From contig OX597822.1 in the NCBI GenBank assembly GCA_951406725.2, positions 64,604,001 through 64,668,000 of the forward strand: DNA of 64,000 nucleotides. Reading direction: 5' to 3'. Under the pieces are notes generated by a model. The model searched no databases and was not told the origin of the DNA. It saw only the letters and a list, made by a program, of their open reading frames with translations. Numbering within the stretch: the first letter of the stretch is position 1; each line of letters starts with the position of its first letter. This stretch comes from Octopus vulgaris (taxonomy: Eukaryota). Below, piece after piece: positions 58,088 through 64,000 of the stretch. Both the position numbers and the translations under genes were made by a program.

Positions 58088-59101
58088 CCGACTCAATTTA
58101 GGTTTTCTAAATTCCTTGGTGGAATTTGAACTACGAACAATGACGCCACTGAGACCCCTAATCTGGGATGATCCCAGCCCCATCGTGCAAGTGCATAAAG
58201 AGAAAGAGGAAGAATATAAAGTCGGCCTAAATGCTGCTGATTGTTTTGTTCGGCACGTCGACGATTCTGCCAGCTCGCCGCCTTACTCGTGTAGGTTATA
58301 TCCTTACCAAATATACGATACTTTTCGTAACATTGATTATATGATATATTTATGTAAATAATTAGATTATATACGTATAAACGATATAATACGTGAATTA
58401 TACATTTGCATATGTGTTGCCGTGTTTCTCCAGATAAATGTATGCGTTTATATGTATCGGTATTTCTGAGTGTCTGTGCACGCGTCAGTATAGATGCGAA
58501 CGTTTCTCTGTATATGTGCATAGACGTTCATGCTACAATTTCTATCTGTATGTGTGTGCATATGATATAATTAACGTATTTATATTATATCAACAACTTC
58601 ATACCACAGGAGGATTGTACTTGTTTGTTTAATATCTCGACTCGCCATAGAATGTGTCAAAGAACTTTCACTCAGCTTAAATAAAAACGGTAAAATAAAT
58701 AGCAATGACATCTTCTGTCTGTCGCTCTCCCTATCTCCTGCCTCTCTTTCTCTCTGTCACTTTCGTTCTCACTCTCTCTCTTTAATCTGTTCGTTATATA
58801 ATTTTTTCACGTCTCAATTCCTACTTTTTCTTTTTATGTCTGTGTATGTCTGGCACTGTCTATCTTATTTTTCACTTTACGTTCTGTACAGATTTCACAC
58901 TTCCCTACCATTCTTCCTACCTATATTTCTACATTTTTTTTTTACCGTCTGTCTATTTCTCTGTCTCTCTATCACCGATACCTTACTTCTTCTTTCTCTT
59001 CTTTCTCTCCTTCTCTATTTCTTCCCCTATCTATCTCTTTCTTTTCGTCTCTGTCACTTATTCTGATTGTCTGTACCTGTCTGACAATCATTCCTTCAGT
59101 T

Positions 59102-59710
59102 TCTTATTTCTTTACTGCCCACAAGGGGCTACACACAGAGGAGACAAACAAGGACAGACAGACGGATTAAGTCGATTAGATCGACCCCAGTACGTAACTG
59201 GTACTTATTTAATCGACCCCGAAAGGATGAAAGGCAAAGTCGACCTCGGCGGAATTTGAACTCAGAACGTAATGGCTGACGAAATACCTATTTCTATTTC
59301 TTTACTACCCACAGGGGGTTAAACACAGAGGAGACAAACAAAGACAGACAGACGGATTAAGTCGATTAGATCGATCCCAGTACACAACTGGTACTTAATT
59401 TATCGACCCCGAAAAGGTGAAAGGCAAAGTCACCCTCGGCTGAATTTGAACTCACAACGTAACGGCAGGCGGAATACCTATTTCTTTACTACCCACAAAG
59501 GGCTAAACACAGAGAAGACAAAAAAGAACAGACAAACAGATTTAAGTCGATTATATCGACCCCAGTGCGTAACTGGTACTTATTTAATCGACTCCGAAAG
59601 GATGAAAGGCAAAGTCGACCTCGGCGGAATTTGAACTCAGAACGTAGCAGCAGACGAAATACGGCTACGCATTTCGCCCTCCGTGCTAACGATTCTGCCA
59701 GCTCGCCGCC
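59102..59710 (-). mobile_element. SINE family A tandem trimer
   Basis: Three units; atcattccttcagtttc repeated on both flanks (near 59088 and 59711; TSD-like). Confidence 0.9.
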
Positions 59711-60518
59711 ATCATTCCTTCAGTTTCTACTGTACATAATACTTCCTTTTTCTCCCACACCAACAACCTTTGCCTTAATAACAATTATTTAATTATCCCT
59801 CCCTATGTTCTGAGTTCAAATTCCACCAAGATCGTAAAAATAAACTCCAGCAAAATATACTTGACAATAAAATCCGTTACAATGGATGACATTATGCCTT
59901 TATATCTATGTTAGAAAAAACAGCAACAACAAAAACAATAAGTGCGGCTATAATAATACTTTCTACTAAAGGTCCAAGGCCTGAAATTTTGTGGGGTACT
60001 TATTTTATCGACCTTGAAAGGATGATAGGCAAAATTTGTACTCAAAACGCAAAGACGAACGAAAAACCGCTAATCATTTTGTCTGGCATGCGAACGAGAC
60101 TACCAGCTTGCCTCTTTAGTAATAAAGGTTATAATAAGTCAGTGGAACCATGGTTACTGGAACCTTGACCTTCTTGATCAGAAAAAAGTGTCTTAAAGAT
60201 ATTTGAGGGAGATATGGCTAATCGTGCTGCTGCGATTTCACACAGAAGCGAAAGCGAAGAGGCACTCTACTATTCTGTGTATGAGTTTCGTACCCTTCAT
60301 TTACCGTACTGACACGGAAGAGCAAGTAGTACGTGTGAAACCGGAAATAACCATATGATGGTTATTGTAGGAATTGTGGGAAAAGGTCAGGTACTGGATG
60401 TAAAGATCTGGAAATGAGCATCAGTGAATGCGATACCTTCAGATGCCTATTAACCCTAATCACAGTTGTGTATTTCTCTAATCATGCTATTAAGTGGAAT
60501 GTTTCTAAATATGGTCTC

Positions 60519-60929
60519 CTCTTTTTCCTTGTTTCAATCATTTGACTGCAGCCATGCTGGAGCACCGCCTTTAGTCGATCAAATCGACCCCAGGATTTAT
60601 TCTTTGTAGGCCTAGTACTCATTCTATCGGTCTCTTTTGCCGAACCGCTAAGTTACGGGGACGTAAACACATCAGCATCGGTTGTCAAGCGATGTTGGGT
60701 GGGGGGACAAACACAGACACACAAACGTATACACGCACATATATATGTATATATATACATATATACGACAGGCTTCTTTCAGTTTCCGTCTACCAAATCC
60801 ACTCACAAGGCTTTGGTCGGCCCGAGGCTATAGTAGATGACACTTGCCCAAAGTGCCACGCAGTGGTACTGAACCCGGAACCATGTGGTTTGTAAGCAAG
60901 CTACTTACCACACAGCCACTCCTACGCCT
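60519..60929 (-). mobile_element. SINE family B, near full length
   Basis: Near-identical to the other B copies. Confidence 0.9.
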
Positions 60930-61500
60930 GGCGAGATTACTTATTGCTTCTGAAAGCGTCATGCACCAGAGAAAAATGTGACGAATAAAATAACTACTTG
61001 TAATAAAGGGAATATTATGTGCAGTAGAAACTGATGGAAGGATCGGCTGACAGTTACAGACAACTAGAATAAGTTATAGAGACGAATAGAAGCGGGGCAG
61101 ACAAAGAAAAGACGCAACAGAAATAGGGAAAGGAAGAGACAGGCAACAGTGACAGGCAGTTGCAACCGTCTGACAATTACCGCGTCGATGCCCTGTGTGT
61201 GCTGATGCAAACGCAGACAAACTGTACTGTGTGTGAGGATAGGTGAACAGCTGTCGGTAGCGACAGGAACACTGCTCTCGAAGTTGGGTGAAAGAGACGA
61301 GCATGCGCTGGGTGGGTGACTTTACTCTGAAGATGCATCTATAGGACGTAGGAAGAAATTTATAATGGGGGCACATTCATATGGTGGTCGCGAAGATCTG
61401 AGATTTCTGTTATATTCTCCGATTGTTCCAAGGTGGCCGTACATCCATTGGGGTTATTTCAATTCTATTTTCTTTTTTCATACCTCCCTTCCATTCTTAA

Positions 61501-61745
61501 CCCATTAGCATCCATGGTCCTTTTTTAGGACCAGAAGGATAATCCATCATATTTCTGCAACACCTGTATTTTTCTGAGATATCTTTTGTTCGTAATCAAG
61601 ACTGGAATGTCGTTCAAATATTGTAATAATTTTTTTATAGATATAGTATCAGAAAAAAGTTTATAGATATAGTATCAGAAAAAAGTTGTATAAAAAAGGA
61701 TTTTTGGTAATAAATCAAATAAAAAAAAATTGGGGCACTAATGGG
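61501..61745. mobile_element. piggyBac-like MITE
   Basis: TTAA|CCCATTAGcatcc ... gggcaCTAATGGG|TTTTAA; CCC/GGG ends with TTAA-like flanks; internal 26-bp tandem duplication. Confidence 0.55.
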
Positions 61746-61867
61746 TTTTAAAATAAAATAAAATAAAATCACCCCTGTATTACAATCTGCCATTTTATGT
61801 CACTCCGTTCATTACTTTGAGGTAAATAAAGAAAACATTAAGAATATAAATATTAACGTTAGTTAAG

Positions 61868-63020
61868 TCGGTGAGCTGGCAGAATCGTTAGCACACCAGG
61901 CAAAAATATTGATGGGAGAATCGTTAGCACACCAGGCAAAAATGTTGGTAAGTATTTTGCCCAATTTTACGTTCTGAGTTCGAATTCTGCCAATGCCTTT
62001 CATTCTTTCTGGGCCGATAAAATAAGTAGCAGTTATGTACTAGGGTCGATATAATAGACTACCCCACCACCTCTGCCCCTTTACGAACTCGCTGGCCATG
62101 CGCCAAAATTTGAAGACAATATTGGTTAGTTAGCATGGCGGTAAGCTGGCAGAATCGTTAGCATGCCGAGCGAAAAGATTAGCGGTATTTCGTCTGAGTT
62201 CAAATTCCGCCGAGGTCGACTTTGCCTTTCATCCTTTCGGGGTCGATTAAATAAGTACCAGTTACGCACTGGGGTCGATATAATCGACTTAATCCGTTTG
62301 TCTGTCCTTATTTGTCCTCTCTGTGTTTAGCCCCTTGAGGGTAGTAAAGAAATAGGTATTTCGTCTGCCTTTTATCCTTTCGAGGTCGATAAATTAAGTA
62401 CCAGTTGAATACTGAGGTCGATGTAATCGATTAACTCCTTCCGCCAAAATTTCAGGTCTTGTGCCTATAGCAGAAAAGAGTGGAGGCGCATGGGTTTGTG
62501 GTTAGCGTGTTGGACTCATTATCATAATAGTATGGTTTTGATTCCTGGACCTGTTCTTGAGCAAAACACTTCGTTTCACGTTGCTCCAGTCCACTTAGCT
62601 GGCAAAAATGAGTAACGCTGCAACGGATCGGCGTCCCGTCCAGGTGGGGAATTTCTACGCCACTGAAACCTAGCATTGCTCCAGAAGGAAACGCGGTAAG
62701 CTGACAGAATCGTTAGCACACACGGGGCAAATACTTTGCAGCATTTCGTCCATCTTTACGTTCTGAGTTCAAATTTTACCTTTCATTCTCTCAGGGTCGA
62801 TTAAATAAGTACTAGTTGAGCATTGGGATCGATGTAATCGACTTATCTCCTTCGCTGAAATTGCTGCCAAAATTTGAAACCAATATTATTTGTTGGGGGC
62901 ATTGAAGTGGAGAGCCGACAGAATCTTTAGTGCATCGAGTAAACATTTCTTGCAGTATTTTTTTTTTCCGAATCTTTGCATTCTGAGTTCAAAACTATCC
63001 GGGGCGTCAATAAGATACTG
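61868..63020 (+). mobile_element. Cluster of stacked SINE A copies plus one C/D-like SINE (62480-62680)
   Basis: Repeated gctggcagaatcgttagca heads and cctttcatcctttcggggtcgat cores. Confidence 0.82.
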
Positions 63021-63205
63021 TACCAAGTAAGTAATGATGCCAGTGTAAATCAGCCAATACCTCCCGCCAAATTACACACTCTGTCACCCTGTAACAAGTT
63101 TTTATTTATCATAGTGATCAAAAAAATTCATTCACTGAAGTAGACATACGCTCGGACAAATTCACGCAAACAAGCTTTCACATACAAAGGTATTGGATAT
63201 ATTCA

Positions 63206-63268
<63 letters not shown>

Positions 63269-63787
63269 ATGTGTGTGTGTATTTATATATTTATGTGTTG
63301 TTGCAGTGTGTATATAAACGCATTTTCATTTTGCCTATGAGTTTTATTGCCAAACATAAACATATAACAATGTTCAAGTTTACTGCATTCAATTTTCTCA
63401 CAAGAATTCCGCTGTTGAGAAGGATATTAGGAAAGATAAATGTCCTTGGCATATCAATGTATCTAGGTTCCTGACATTAATTTTGAGATAATCCAACCTA
63501 CCACAGACTCACACACAATGTGTGTGTGTGTGTGTATATATGTATGTATATATTCATATATATATATATGTATATATATATGCACATGTGTGTGTGTATG
63601 TGTTAGTGTTTATAAGGGGGAGGTAATATGTACTCGATACAGAAGGAGAGTGTAATTATTTCTCCTTCTGATGAGATTACTCTGTTGCTGCTTAGAGTAT
63701 CGCGAGTATCCATTTTCACCTACACCCATTCTCTCATTCTCTACCTACAAACCTACCGACTTTCCTACTCATATGCATACATACATA

Positions 63788-63854
<67 letters not shown>

Positions 63855-63914
63855 TATATATACGTATATACATATATATCTATCTATCTGTCTATATATA
63901 TATATTTATCTATC

Positions 63915-63975
<61 letters not shown>

Positions 63976-64000
63976 GTACATATATGGATATACATAAATA

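Noticed and set aside
60308-60348. ctga-cacg..cgtgt-GAAA-ccgg motif
   Set aside because: The core lacks NGA and UH, and there is no stem I.

Overview
Repeat-dominated eukaryotic DNA with no supportable intact protein-coding gene; almost every ORF in the supplied track is a translation of microsatellites, SINEs or decayed LINE sequence. The extreme (TA)n/(TG)n/(TATC)n/(TATG)n/(AAT)n density and the tRNA-derived SINE set are typical of a coleoid cephalopod, most likely Octopus (inference). The window holds four tRNA-type SINE families (one forming 184-bp tandem arrays), several 3' fragments of an L1/Tx1-type LINE, a hAT-Charlie-like MITE and a piggyBac-like MITE. The most notable content is a set of short non-coding insertions, mostly sitting in (TA)n tracts, that carry hammerhead-ribozyme motifs. 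Two of them are large fold-back palindromes with a hammerhead in each arm (27151-27791, 36061-37675), consistent with non-autonomous Penelope-like elements. One hammerhead (26752-26812) has its three strands in a non-circularly permuted, pseudoknotted order. All ribozyme calls come from manual pairing of core motifs and stems; none has been computed or tested.
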